From assembly GCF_000195975.1 (NCBI RefSeq), contig NC_005070.1:330001-362000 (forward strand): 32,000 nucleotides of DNA, read 5' to 3'. Source of the stretch: Parasynechococcus marenigrum WH 8102 (GTDB lineage Bacteria; Cyanobacteriota; Cyanobacteriia; PCC-6307; Cyanobiaceae). The position numbers and the translations under genes were made by a program. The notes under the pieces were generated by a model. The model was not told the origin of the DNA. It made no database searches and saw only the letters and a program-made list of their open reading frames with translations. Positions 9,963-17,749 of this stretch are shown piece by piece; within the stretch, counting starts at the first letter, position 1; every line of letters begins with the position of its first letter.

Positions 9963-10053
9963 CGCGATCAGCCCATCTCATTTGTGTTTTCAACTGGATT
10001 GTTGCAGCGGATTGACGCTCACTACCCTGTGAAAAGACTTCTTTCAAGCCGCC

Positions 10054-10467
10054 ATGGACGCGCAGCCCAACGGCAGCTCCGATCATCATTTCCGCGAGCG
10101 CTTTGACAGCCTGCTGCCGAGCATCCGTCGCCGCTGGCCGGACCTGGCCCAGCACACCTTGGAAGCAACTCGAGGAAGCATGGATGAGGTGGTGCGCTTA
10201 ATCGAGCAGAACACTGGACTGACCCCCCAGGGGGTGCGGGAGCAGCTTGAGGAGCTGATGCACTCAGCGGGAGAAGGGGGACGTCATCTGGCCGATAGTC
10301 TTGATCCGCTGGAACAGCAGTTGGAGCAGCTGCTGGATGAGTTGAACACAACCCTGCGGCCTCGGATTGAACAGCCTGTGCGGCAGCGGCCCCTGCTGGC
10401 CGTGGGCGTAGCCCTTGGGGTGGGTGTGCTAATCGGCTCGCTGCTCAGTGGCGGACGGCGTTCTTGA
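10054..10467 (+). CDS. YqjD/ElaB-like (DUF883-type) C-tail-anchored membrane protein
   Basis: The 137-aa ORF has a helical hydrophilic body plus a single C-terminal TM (LLAVGVALGVGVLIGSLL). Its stop overlaps the next start (ATGA at 10464-10467). Confidence 0.5.
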   Translation: MDAQPNGSSDHHFRERFDSLLPSIRRRWPDLAQHTLEATRGSMDEVVRLIEQNTGLTPQGVREQLEELMHSAGEGGRHLADSLDPLEQQLEQLLDELNTTLRPRIEQPVRQRPLLAVGVALGVGVLIGSLLSGGRRS

Positions 10468-10856
10468 TGACCGATTCCCAACAACAACCGCGAGGATTCG
10501 GAGCCGCTGCACGGGTGACGGCATTGGCGGCCTCTGTGATGGATCTGCACGTGCGGATGGCCCTGCAGGAGGTGGATCGGGAGAAGCGCCGGTTGATCAG
10601 TGGTGGGCTGTTCATGGCCATCGGTGGCACCTCGATGCTGTTGGCGCTGCTGGCCGGCGAGGTGGCTCTGGTGCTGTGGATTCAACAGACCTGGAGCCTG
10701 AGCCTGAGTCAGGCCTTGCTGGCTCTGGCCAGCGCCAACCTCGTACTGGCGGGTATCAGCCTGCGCATCGGCGGTCAGGTGCTCAAAGCACCGTTCCTGC
10801 CACAGACCCTTGAAGGTCTGAGCCGAACGGTGCGAGCCGTACTGGGTCGCGATTAA
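10464..10856 (+). CDS. YqjE/holin-X-family-like membrane protein
   Basis: The 130-aa ORF has two TM helices and is translationally coupled to the preceding YqjD-like gene. The pairing mirrors the enterobacterial yqjD-yqjE arrangement. Confidence 0.45.
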   Translation: MMTDSQQQPRGFGAAARVTALAASVMDLHVRMALQEVDREKRRLISGGLFMAIGGTSMLLALLAGEVALVLWIQQTWSLSLSQALLALASANLVLAGISLRIGGQVLKAPFLPQTLEGLSRTVRAVLGRD

Positions 10857-10857
10857 C

Positions 10858-12033
10858 TCAACGGATCCCGTAGTTCAGCCAGCGGCAATCGATACCGCCA
10901 TTGCTCACGGGGATGCGACGGCTGGCCTTAAGCCGTAAGGCACCAGTGAGGGAAGCGTTGCCGCTGAGCAACCACAGCTGCCAGCCTGATGCTTGCTCGC
11001 GCACGAAGGATCCAAGCAATCGGTAGAGCTGTTCGAGATCGTCTTCGCTACCGACGCGGTGGCCGTAGGGCGGATTGCACACCAGCAGCCCTGGCCCTGG
11101 AGGGAGTGTCTGCTGCTCAAAGCTGCCGGAATGAATGGAGATCAGTCCGTCAAGACCGGCGGCTCGGATGTTGTCGCGGGCCTGATCTGCGATCAATGGA
11201 TCCTGCTCATATCCCACGACGGGGGCCAGATCAAGGTCGGAGCGACGGCGTTGGCGAGCCCTGGCGTGTTCGCGCTCCCAAAGCTCACGATCAAAGTCGG
11301 CCCAGCCTTCCAATCCGAACTGTCGACCGAGACCTGGAGCCTGTTGCAGGGCCATCGTGACGGCTTCGATCAACAGAATTCCGCTGCCACAGAAAGGGTC
11401 CACCAGCGGCATCCGACCATCCCAGCCCGTGAGTTGAATCAGCCCAGCAGCCAGGTTCTCCTTCAACGGTGCGGCTCCCATGGCAGCGCGGTAGCCCCGC
11501 CGGTGAAGGCTGACGCCACTGCCATCCAGGCTCAGGACCGCACCACCACGGTTCAGGTGGAGATGCAGAGCCAGGTCTGGATGAGCCAGGTCGATCGACG
11601 AACGCTCTCCCCAAAGCTCCCGTTGCAGATCCACCAGAGTATTCTTCACCTGCAGCGCGGAGTAGTGGCTGTGGTTCAACCCTGGCGCTGTTCCGGTCAC
11701 GTCCACTCGGAAGCTCATCGAGGGATGCAGCCACTGCTCCCAATTCAGCGCGTTGCTGATGCCGTCGTAAAGATCAGCCCGGCCCTGACAGGGAAAAACC
11801 GCCATCTCCCTCAGCAGGCGGAACGGCAGTCGAGCTTGTAGGTGCAGCCGATAGAGGCAGGCCATGTCGGCCTGAAACGCTGCTGCCCGGCGCAGGGGCT
11901 GGACTCCATGGGCCCCCAAAGCGACTAGTTCGTCGCAGCCCAGCGTTTCCAGCCCCTGGGGCAGCACCGCCACGCCATTGAGACGGTTCCCTCGACCCAA
12001 GACCGTTGTGCTCCAGGTCACCACTGCTGTCAC
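10858..12033 (-). CDS. THUMP-domain class I SAM-dependent RNA (RlmL/RlmK-like) methyltransferase
   Basis: The 391-aa ORF has an N-terminal THUMP-like region, SAM-binding DPFCGSGILLIEA and the catalytic LLVCNPPYG motif. Confidence 0.8.
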   Translation of the reverse strand: MTAVVTWSTTVLGRGNRLNGVAVLPQGLETLGCDELVALGAHGVQPLRRAAAFQADMACLYRLHLQARLPFRLLREMAVFPCQGRADLYDGISNALNWEQWLHPSMSFRVDVTGTAPGLNHSHYSALQVKNTLVDLQRELWGERSSIDLAHPDLALHLHLNRGGAVLSLDGSGVSLHRRGYRAAMGAAPLKENLAAGLIQLTGWDGRMPLVDPFCGSGILLIEAVTMALQQAPGLGRQFGLEGWADFDRELWEREHARARQRRRSDLDLAPVVGYEQDPLIADQARDNIRAAGLDGLISIHSGSFEQQTLPPGPGLLVCNPPYGHRVGSEDDLEQLYRLLGSFVREQASGWQLWLLSGNASLTGALRLKASRRIPVSNGGIDCRWLNYGIR

Positions 12034-12039
12034 AATGAC

Positions 12040-12324
12040 AGGGTCCGGTTCACCGGACTAGGTGATCCACACCAGTGTTTCGGACAGCGGTTCGATTCCG
12101 CTCAGCTCCATTCACCCTTCCACAAGGGGCTGCAATGGTTTCGACGGGGCATGAGGAGGGTGACTGAAGCCTGCTCGGTGAGAGCAAACCCGTAACTGCG
12201 AACAACATCGTTCGTTTCTCCCGTCACGCAGCCCCTGTTGCTGCCTGACCCTTAGGGGAGATGGGGTGAAGTCAGCCTTATCACCCAAATGACTCATGGG
12301 GGCTGGAAGGCCCCTCAAACCATT
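12040..12324 (+). ncRNA. ssrA: Two-piece (circularly permuted) tmRNA gene
   Basis: The T-arm GCGG-TTCGATT-CCGC and the acceptor 3' strand CAGCTCC plus A (12103-12110) lie UPSTREAM of the 5' end GGGGCTG (12126-12132). These pair as a 7-bp acceptor stem with the G3:U wobble. The tag ORF at 12198-12248 reads GCG AAC AAC ATC GTT CGT TTC TCC CGT CAC GCA GCC CCT GTT GCT GCC TGA, giving ANNIVRFSRHAAPVAA*. AATGGTTT (12134-12141) can pair with AAACCATT (12317-12324). The outer boundaries are approximate, within about 20 nt. Confidence 0.85.
12271..12324 (+). repeat. tmRNA-proximal att-like direct repeat (copy 1), equal to the 3' end of the tmRNA coding piece
   Basis: gtcagccttatcacccaaatgactcatgggggctggaaggcccctcaaaccatt matches 24550-24603 at about 46 of 54 positions by hand alignment. 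This includes a perfect 19-nt core, acccaaatgactcatgggg. Confidence 0.85.
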
Positions 12325-12836
12325 TCACCGCAGGGGAAGACGGCATTACGCCACTTCCCAAAAATCGCGGTGATGCCATTCCTGATGCCAATATCCCGCC
12401 TGTCTTGGCGGGTATGGATAAGGCGGAGGAAAGCGGCCAGTTCGCAGTGGTGGTTGGCTGCGTCGCCCAGCTCAACAAGATGATGGCTCTAGGTGCAGAC
12501 CAGAAGGGTTTCCGTGGTCATTCGACGCACTACAACCGGCGCTAAAAAGGCATCAGCACAATTGTCCTTACCGGTGTTTCAACGCCTGCTTCCGCTGGTG
12601 CCGTTGTTCATGCTTCTTTTTGGTATCAATTAAGCCAATTGCTTTTGTTCTGTAGCTAATTTTACTCTAGCCTTGTTTTCTATATAGCTAGCACTAATCA
12701 ATTGCTTAATAAAAGCCAAAATACGTTAATCTAATTCGTAGCAATTATTGATAAAGCAATCAATTTGTATTGGTATCCATAATTTTATGGACAACTATTT
12801 TTGATCGATCAATGTATATCCAACGGATCAACTCCG

Positions 12837-13142
12837 ATGCTGAGCACTAACACAAGACTAAAGCTCCAAGAAATCCTCACTCGTTTATCCAAAAACGAGC
12901 TGGTTAGTCTTGACGAGAGAATCCTTATTCAAAAGTATGCAGATAGGAATTCAACAGTTTGGCACTGGTTGCGGAAAGCAAGGTCAATTCAGGCTATGGG
13001 CCACTTAGATCAGCAATCTGTTGGCGGTTTTATGCAGCAGATGAATCTTCCAGGACAGACAACCGAGGACCATTTCAATGGTTCGCAAGATGATTTAGGT
13101 GAATGGTTTCAAGGATCCCCACAATGGGTACGTAGAAGCTGA
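12837..13142 (+). CDS. Hypothetical protein
   Basis: ATG-started 101-aa version of tracked ORF 12801..13142. It is low-GC with plausible codon usage, and no family was recognised. Confidence 0.4.
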   Translation: MLSTNTRLKLQEILTRLSKNELVSLDERILIQKYADRNSTVWHWLRKARSIQAMGHLDQQSVGGFMQQMNLPGQTTEDHFNGSQDDLGEWFQGSPQWVRRS

Positions 13143-13314
13143 AATCACAATCAAAACCTTATGCATGCACGACTACGAAATTAATACAAGCAATTCTTGC
13201 CGTAATTTAGTTTGCGCTGACTGCCTCAACTCAGATTCGGAAGGGAGGGGCCCTGAACCGTTATGGCGATCGACTTTGGTCAGCAAGTTGGGTTGCGTCT
13301 TGCTGGCGGTGCGC

Positions 13315-13929
13315 TCATCTGAGTGATTCGCAAGCTTCTCCATCACCGTCACCATCGAGGTATCGGTGTCCTTTAGTCAAGAGTTGTTGAGCGCGACTCC
13401 AGGAGCCAATGTCCTTGCAGCGGTATTTCCTACTGCTGCTGGAGTTGGTTATACTGCTCCCTCCTCCCTTGCGGTAGTCCCAAGGACGTGTGATTCCCGA
13501 TCGTCCGACAGACCAAATGCCAATACCCCGACGCTTCGCTTCATCCTCAATCCCCAAGTATTTCTGAGCATCGCATTTACGGAGATACTTCCTGTAAGCA
13601 AATGCTTGCCCAGCCCCCACCATCAGTTTGTTCACATTTCCTTGGTAGTTGATTAATTCAGCCACGACCCGCCCGTGCCGGTCTGTTGTCTGAACTCTCA
13701 GAGTGACTTGAGAGCCGATGGGAGTCAGCTGCTTCAGTAGTTCCGTTGATCTCGCTCCCCAGGGTTGTTGGGATCTCTCCGGCGCATCAATGCAAGCAAG
13801 GCGAACCGTAATTTTTTTGTTGCCTTCAGACACTCGTATAGTGTCGCCGTCCCCGACAGAAACCACAGTTGCAGCGTTCACGTTTGTCGTAAGGCAAGCT
13901 GCCAGCAGCAGTGCGGTGGCTGCTTTCAT
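13315..13929 (-). CDS. Secreted thermonuclease (SNase-like) with C-terminal Excalibur calcium-binding domain
   Basis: It has a signal peptide (MKAATALLLAACLTTNVNA), the SNase motif VVSVGDGDTIRV...VRLACIDAPE and RHGRVVAE. The C-terminal CKDIGSWSRAQQLL...DGDGDGEACE matches the Excalibur DxDxDGxxCE signature. Confidence 0.85.
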   Translation of the reverse strand: MKAATALLLAACLTTNVNAATVVSVGDGDTIRVSEGNKKITVRLACIDAPERSQQPWGARSTELLKQLTPIGSQVTLRVQTTDRHGRVVAELINYQGNVNKLMVGAGQAFAYRKYLRKCDAQKYLGIEDEAKRRGIGIWSVGRSGITRPWDYRKGGGSSITNSSSSRKYRCKDIGSWSRAQQLLTKGHRYLDGDGDGEACESLR

Positions 13930-14276
13930 CTTTTCAGCACGTGGTTATAGGCCAAGGATGGCAGAGTCTTTGGAGGTGCCTCAAGTTTGTAAACCGAATA
14001 AGGATGGTTATAGGGATCAATCCGGTATGGCGTTCCAAATGGGTCATCGCAGAGGTCAGGTCTGGGAAGACGTCCAGATACTATTTCGTTTGCTTCAGTC
14101 AGATGGTGTCGGTTATTTGCAGTAGCCCTTAGTAGCGAAATGATATTAAAAAAGGGTACGACTTTGAAAGTCAGCCCCCTTTTTTGTTGATTGCTAGGGC
14201 ACCCCTCGCATTAGTATCTTAGTACGGATAGTTCTTGTTTTCGGGTTGTTTCTTATGGGGAGTTAATCTCTTATGA

Positions 14277-14507
14277 ATGATTTCCCCCGAGCTGCGGAAC
14301 GTGGCAAGCATTCTTGCTTTAATTCATCGGCGCTACCCCGACGCATTACCCGACGCATTACCCGACGTATTGCCGTTGTTCGCCGGGATCGTGCTCATAA
14401 CCCACCGCGAACTGATCGCTCACCTGCTGAACACGGAACCTGACTGGCCATGGCAAAAGCCAACACAGAAGCCACTGCTGAGCGAGTCGATCACCTCCAG
14501 GGAATGA
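14277..14507 (+). CDS. Hypothetical small protein containing YPDALPDALPDVLP repeat (doubtful)
   Basis: The 76-aa ORF overlaps the next gene by 58 nt and contains the 12-bp tandem repeat. Coding status is uncertain. Confidence 0.2.
   Translation: MISPELRNVASILALIHRRYPDALPDALPDVLPLFAGIVLITHRELIAHLLNTEPDWPWQKPTQKPLLSESITSRE
14337..14372. repeat. Tandem 12-bp repeat x3 (cccgacgcatta, cccgacgcatta, cccgacgtattg)
   Basis: Read directly from the sequence. It is in frame with ORF 14277..14507, encoding (P)DAL x3. Confidence 0.85.
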
Positions 14508-14815
14508 TCCTGGCCGGTGAGACCAACACCGCTTGTCTCATATATGCGCGACAAACATGGGGGGTCTCAAGGTCACAGGGCTACAGGCTGATTAAGCGGG
14601 CTTGGCGTCAGATCCATGACGACATCGAAGGCCCCGACCTCAAACGGCAAGAGATGTTGGCTTGGTGCGTCCAGACCTTGATTGAGACGGCTGGTCAGGC
14701 CAAGGCGCAGCGCAACCCGGGTGCTGTTGTTGCTGCAATCCGCCAACTCGATTGGATGTGCGGGCTGGGGATCCACTCATCAGCCGGGCACCGAGTCCAC
14801 CGAACGAGGCTGTGA
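14450..14815 (+). CDS. HTH DNA-binding protein, small-terminase (TerS)-like architecture
   Basis: The 121-aa ORF has the N-terminal HTH ARQTWGVSRSQGYRLIKRA. Its C-terminal helix NPGAVVAAIRQLDWMCGLG resembles the ...AL..L.K..GL end of phage small terminases. A protein of the same architecture lies in element 2 (27664..28044). Confidence 0.5.
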   Translation: MAKANTEATAERVDHLQGMILAGETNTACLIYARQTWGVSRSQGYRLIKRAWRQIHDDIEGPDLKRQEMLAWCVQTLIETAGQAKAQRNPGAVVAAIRQLDWMCGLGIHSSAGHRVHRTRL

Positions 14816-15005
14816 CGTAACTGAGGTTGTGTTGACAGAGGTGGCCGGCGCCGCAGAGGGCTTTTTAGCCTTTTTTTGGTCAGATCCTTTGCAGCGCAGA
14901 TGATTTGCACCGGGGACCTTTGCTCGCGGGTTTAGAGGTACTTTTTCGCTCAGAACGACTGCAGTGCAGTGGACATGAACCGGCCAGCAAGACAAACAGG
15001 ATCAA

Positions 15006-15290
15006 ATGCATTGCTCTGCGGGCGATCTCACCCTGCCGCCGGGAACTGTGCTTGTCGGCGAGCTGGGTCTGGGCGGACAGCTCAGACCTGTCGGTCAGCT
15101 GGAGTTACGCCTGCAGGAGGCGGCGCGGCTCGGATTCCGGCGGGCAGTGGTGCCCCGCGGCAGCGGTCTGGGTGCCTTGGCCGCCGGCTTGATCTTGCCC
15201 TCTTGGAGGCCGATAGGGTCACCGAGGCCTTTTGTGCTGGCCCTCGGCGAGGACTTGACGGATCAGAAGTAGACGTGTAGGTTCGTGTCA
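15006..15290 (+). pseudogene. radA: 3'-terminal fragment of radA/sms (Lon-like C-terminal domain), frameshifted
   Basis: The translation TVLVGELGLGGQLRPVGQLELRLQEAARLGFRRAVVPRGSG matches the conserved RadA C-terminus (GEVGLxGEIRPV...RxxEAxKLGFxxAIVP). The expected tail LDLALLEADRVTEAF continues in another frame (ORF 14969..15280). No N-terminal 300+ aa is present. Confidence 0.7.
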
Positions 15291-15296
15291 TACCAA

Positions 15297-15362
15297 GCGG
15301 TTTGCCCATGTAAGTGGGTCGGAACAAACTCGGAACAGAGCCCGGAACGTGACACGGAACAG
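15297..15362 (+). repeat. GGAACA-rich direct repeat R1 (left flank of low-GC cassette)
   Basis: gcggtttgcccatgtaagtgggtcggaacaaactcggaacagagcccggaacgtgacacggaacag matches 16526-16591 at about 47 of 66 positions by hand. This includes the identical core tgggtcggaacaaac. It contains four GGAAC(A) copies spaced 10-13 bp apart. Confidence 0.75.
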
Positions 15363-15481
15363 ATCCTATTAAGTTTTGTTACATCTTTTTTAGATCCCGT
15401 TACGGTTTTTTTGTAAAAATTGCAAGCCCCGAAAAGGCTCTAAAATCGAAAGTTTTCAGAATCCTGCACGACAAGCAAGAA

Positions 15482-16312
15482 ATGTTCTTCTTTCTATTTG
15501 CCCCTAAGTTTTCAGGCTCAACAGTGATGAGCCAAGTCATTGCAAACTCTGTTAACGGCTACTTACCGTCATTCACAAACAACGAAGGTCAAATGGTCCC
15601 TGCTGTCAAAAAAATCATCTTTGCTCAAGATCGCTGGGATCCAAACGTTGATTACAAGTGGGACCCGATCAAAAGCACATGGCTTTCACTACTTCATAAT
15701 TCGCAAAAAGATATTTTCATCGAAGCATCACCTCCAAATATCATGAGACTTGAGTCGATCAAGAGAAATTTTTCTGAAGACATGACAGGAGTAATCTCTA
15801 TTTCATCTCCGTACATGCAGATCACTTCAGCAATAAAAAAGAAATACCACAACATGGTTGAAAACAAAAAGTTGCGCTCGAGAGACCAGATTCCCGAGAA
15901 GTTGATTCGCAAAGCAACCAACAGCTGGGTCCTCATGGCCAAAGCACAACGCAACAATGTCAAGTCAAATCCATCCATGCCATTGGTGACGTATGAGCAG
16001 TTCTGCAAGAATCCCCAAAAACTAATCAAAGCTTTCTGCAATCAAGCACAGATTCAAACAAAAAGCTATAAACCACAAAAGATCGGCGGAAAAAAATTCA
16101 CAGGAATTACAGGAATCATGGACATGACATGCAAGAATCTTTCGTTCTTGTCGCTCAAGGAGATCGAAATATTAACAAGAAACCTCAAGCGTCACCGCAG
16201 TTTACTTCGCTTTTTCGGCTACCAATTGCTAACCACCCAAGACGTTACGGCGATGTACGAAAGACATATGCCTCTTGTAATTGATGGGATGCATTCCCGC
16301 TTGCATCGATAA
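15482..16312 (+). CDS. Sulfotransferase-like protein (low-GC cargo gene)
   Basis: The 276-aa AT-rich ORF begins FFLFAPKFSGSTVMSQ, resembling the sulfotransferase PAPS-binding loop (PKxGTT/ST). The function call rests on this motif only. Confidence 0.5.
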   Translation: MFFFLFAPKFSGSTVMSQVIANSVNGYLPSFTNNEGQMVPAVKKIIFAQDRWDPNVDYKWDPIKSTWLSLLHNSQKDIFIEASPPNIMRLESIKRNFSEDMTGVISISSPYMQITSAIKKKYHNMVENKKLRSRDQIPEKLIRKATNSWVLMAKAQRNNVKSNPSMPLVTYEQFCKNPQKLIKAFCNQAQIQTKSYKPQKIGGKKFTGITGIMDMTCKNLSFLSLKEIEILTRNLKRHRSLLRFFGYQLLTTQDVTAMYERHMPLVIDGMHSRLHR

Positions 16313-16322
16313 ACCCAAAAAA

Positions 16323-16348
16323 AACTCCTCACGCAAGCGAGAGGAGTT
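16323..16348. terminator. Hairpin aactcctc-N10-gaggagtt flanked by an A-run on the left (T-run on the minus strand)
   Basis: An 8-bp perfect stem sits 11 nt after the stop of 15482..16312. The U-tract is only on the minus-strand reading, so it may be bidirectional or minus-directed. Confidence 0.4.
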
Positions 16349-16525
16349 AAAAACAGAACAGCAGCCAAGTGAAATAATTCAGGCGGTGCGCAAGTTTCCC
16401 CTGAATTTCACGCTTTTATAATAAGTAAGTATTGCCTAAGCGTATCTCGTCAAATCGCGCTCTAAGACTCGATTCTTGGAAGTTACATTTGTCAGAAGTA
16501 GACATCAACGTTCTTGTCATCCTAA

Positions 16526-16591
16526 CGGGTTTGCTCTTGTGGATGGGTCGGAACAAACCTGGAACAGGGGTGTGCTCTGGACACGGAACAA
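16526..16591 (+). repeat. GGAACA-rich direct repeat R2 (right flank of low-GC cassette)
   Basis: cgggtttgctcttgtggatgggtcggaacaaacctggaacaggggtgtgctctggacacggaacaa is the partner of R1. Confidence 0.75.
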
Positions 16592-16836
16592 TGCTTGGCC
16601 GCGGCTCCAGACTGGCAATAGAGACTTGCTTTTGTGTTTTGTATTAGAGCAAATGCAGCAGAAAGCCTTTCAGTTGATTCAGAGCCATCGCGCTCCTCGA
16701 CTGCGGTTCAAGAACCTTCGCTGAGAACGGCGTGATTGACTGTCAGCAAGAGAGGAAGGCCGCCCTTCCCGGTGGAAAGACGGCCTAAATTGCTCGCATG
16801 AGCGTGGTTTAACAAACACTGGAACTGTTTGCCAAG

Positions 16837-17112
16837 TTAACTTTGTTTATTGGCCATAAACTCTCTGTCTGTTTCGGTCATCGTATCTTCATCATCATGA
16901 AAAAAGCATCCATAAAGTAGATTCTCTATTCTTGCAACGTCCATATCGAGATCTGCTACTTCTTGCCATAGATAGATTTCCCGAAATCTGTTTCCAAGAT
17001 AGAATTGCGCTTCGGAAATGTCTCTTGCTATTTTAAAATAAGCAGACTGTTCCTTGGCTTTTGGCGACACATAGGTCAGGATTTTCCTCCCGATTGACTG
17101 CATGGTTGTCAT
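16837..17112 (-). CDS. Hypothetical protein
   Basis: 91-aa AT-rich ORF; no family recognised. Confidence 0.4.
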   Translation of the reverse strand: MTTMQSIGRKILTYVSPKAKEQSAYFKIARDISEAQFYLGNRFREIYLWQEVADLDMDVARIENLLYGCFFHDDEDTMTETDREFMANKQS

Positions 17113-17220
17113 AGTTCGATCCAGAACCTATAAAGATTTTAGTAGCAAGCACTACAAAATCAATGGGTCGTAATGCCTGTTCCGAGGTCTCCATTGCCCG
17201 GCCCAAAGCCTGTGCGGTGA

Positions 17221-17424
17221 TCAGATGAGGTCGTAAGCCCTCAATACCTGAACACGGATGCCCCCAAGCTTTTGCCATGCCTCCAGTGCTTCCTTTTTTG
17301 ACTGAAAGGGAAGCCAGTCGTCTTCTTCTAAGCGGCGTTTGATATGAGCCGCGACTCTTTGAGCTACAACCGCGTCGCTTTTAAAGCGAACACTTATGTT
17401 TCGGCCGTTGATTTTCAACTGCAT
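17221..17424 (-). CDS. Hypothetical small protein
   Basis: Internal-Met version (MQLKINGRNISVRF...) of tracked ORF 17221..17586. The N-terminal extension is Ser/Arg-rich and looks non-coding. Confidence 0.3.
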   Translation of the reverse strand: MQLKINGRNISVRFKSDAVVAQRVAAHIKRRLEEDDWLPFQSKKEALEAWQKLGGIRVQVLRAYDLI

Positions 17425-17527
17425 CAGCGAATCAAGAGTGTCGTCAGTTTGGCGCTGACAACCGCTGTCGCTGCATCTGTTCTGACGGAAGTTGGATGAA
17501 CTCAGGAGTCCGGTTGAGATGGAGGAG

Positions 17528-17749
17528 CTAGAGCCCTCGAGCCTGACGAAAGGCCGTTGAGTATGGGAAGAGAAATCCCGTCTCAAGGGCGCCTAACTCT
17601 TGCTCTGCCGAATAAAGGCTCCTTGTAACGCGGCAATGGTTTTCGCCATCGCAAACCAAGAAATGGCCATCTTCGGTCCTTTGGATAGTGGCGCCATGCG
17701 GCGTCTTAACTATGAGGTTAGCTTTCGCCATGCTGGGGTGAAGCGACAT
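17528..17749 (-). CDS. Hypothetical small protein
   Basis: The 73-aa ORF competes with antisense ORF 17600..17941 (+). The strand cannot be resolved by eye. Confidence 0.25.
   Translation of the reverse strand: MSLHPSMAKANLIVKTPHGATIQRTEDGHFLVCDGENHCRVTRSLYSAEQELGALETGFLFPYSTAFRQARGL

Noticed and set aside
12281-12545. ORFs 12281..12478 (-) and 12289..12483 (+), and an unlisted frame reading ...IPPVLAGMDKAEESGQFAVVVGCVAQLNKMMALGADQKGFRGHSTHYNRR* that ends near 12544.
   Set aside because: The tracked ORFs overlap the tmRNA 3' end and have implausible composition. The unlisted frame looks protein-like and may be a gene remnant. It has no usable start before a 43-codon Met and no recognisable family, so it is not called.
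13366-14132. Plus-strand ORFs 13366..13656, 13718..14125, 13765..13950 and 13911..14132.
   Set aside because: Most are antisense to the well-supported SNase gene. The part beyond 13929 gives only short, unconvincing peptides.
14140-14180. The palindromic stretch aaaaaaggg-tacgactttgaaagtcagc-ccccttttttg, considered as a bidirectional terminator.
   Set aside because: The inner stem (gact/agtc) is short and no convincing gene ends next to it, so function cannot be assigned.
16369-16412. The imperfect hairpin gtgaaataattcagg...cctgaatttcac, and the ggaagg-ccgc-ccttcc hairpin near 16752-16770.
   Set aside because: They have no adjacent U-tract in the relevant orientation and no clear gene end, so they are not called as terminators or RNAs.
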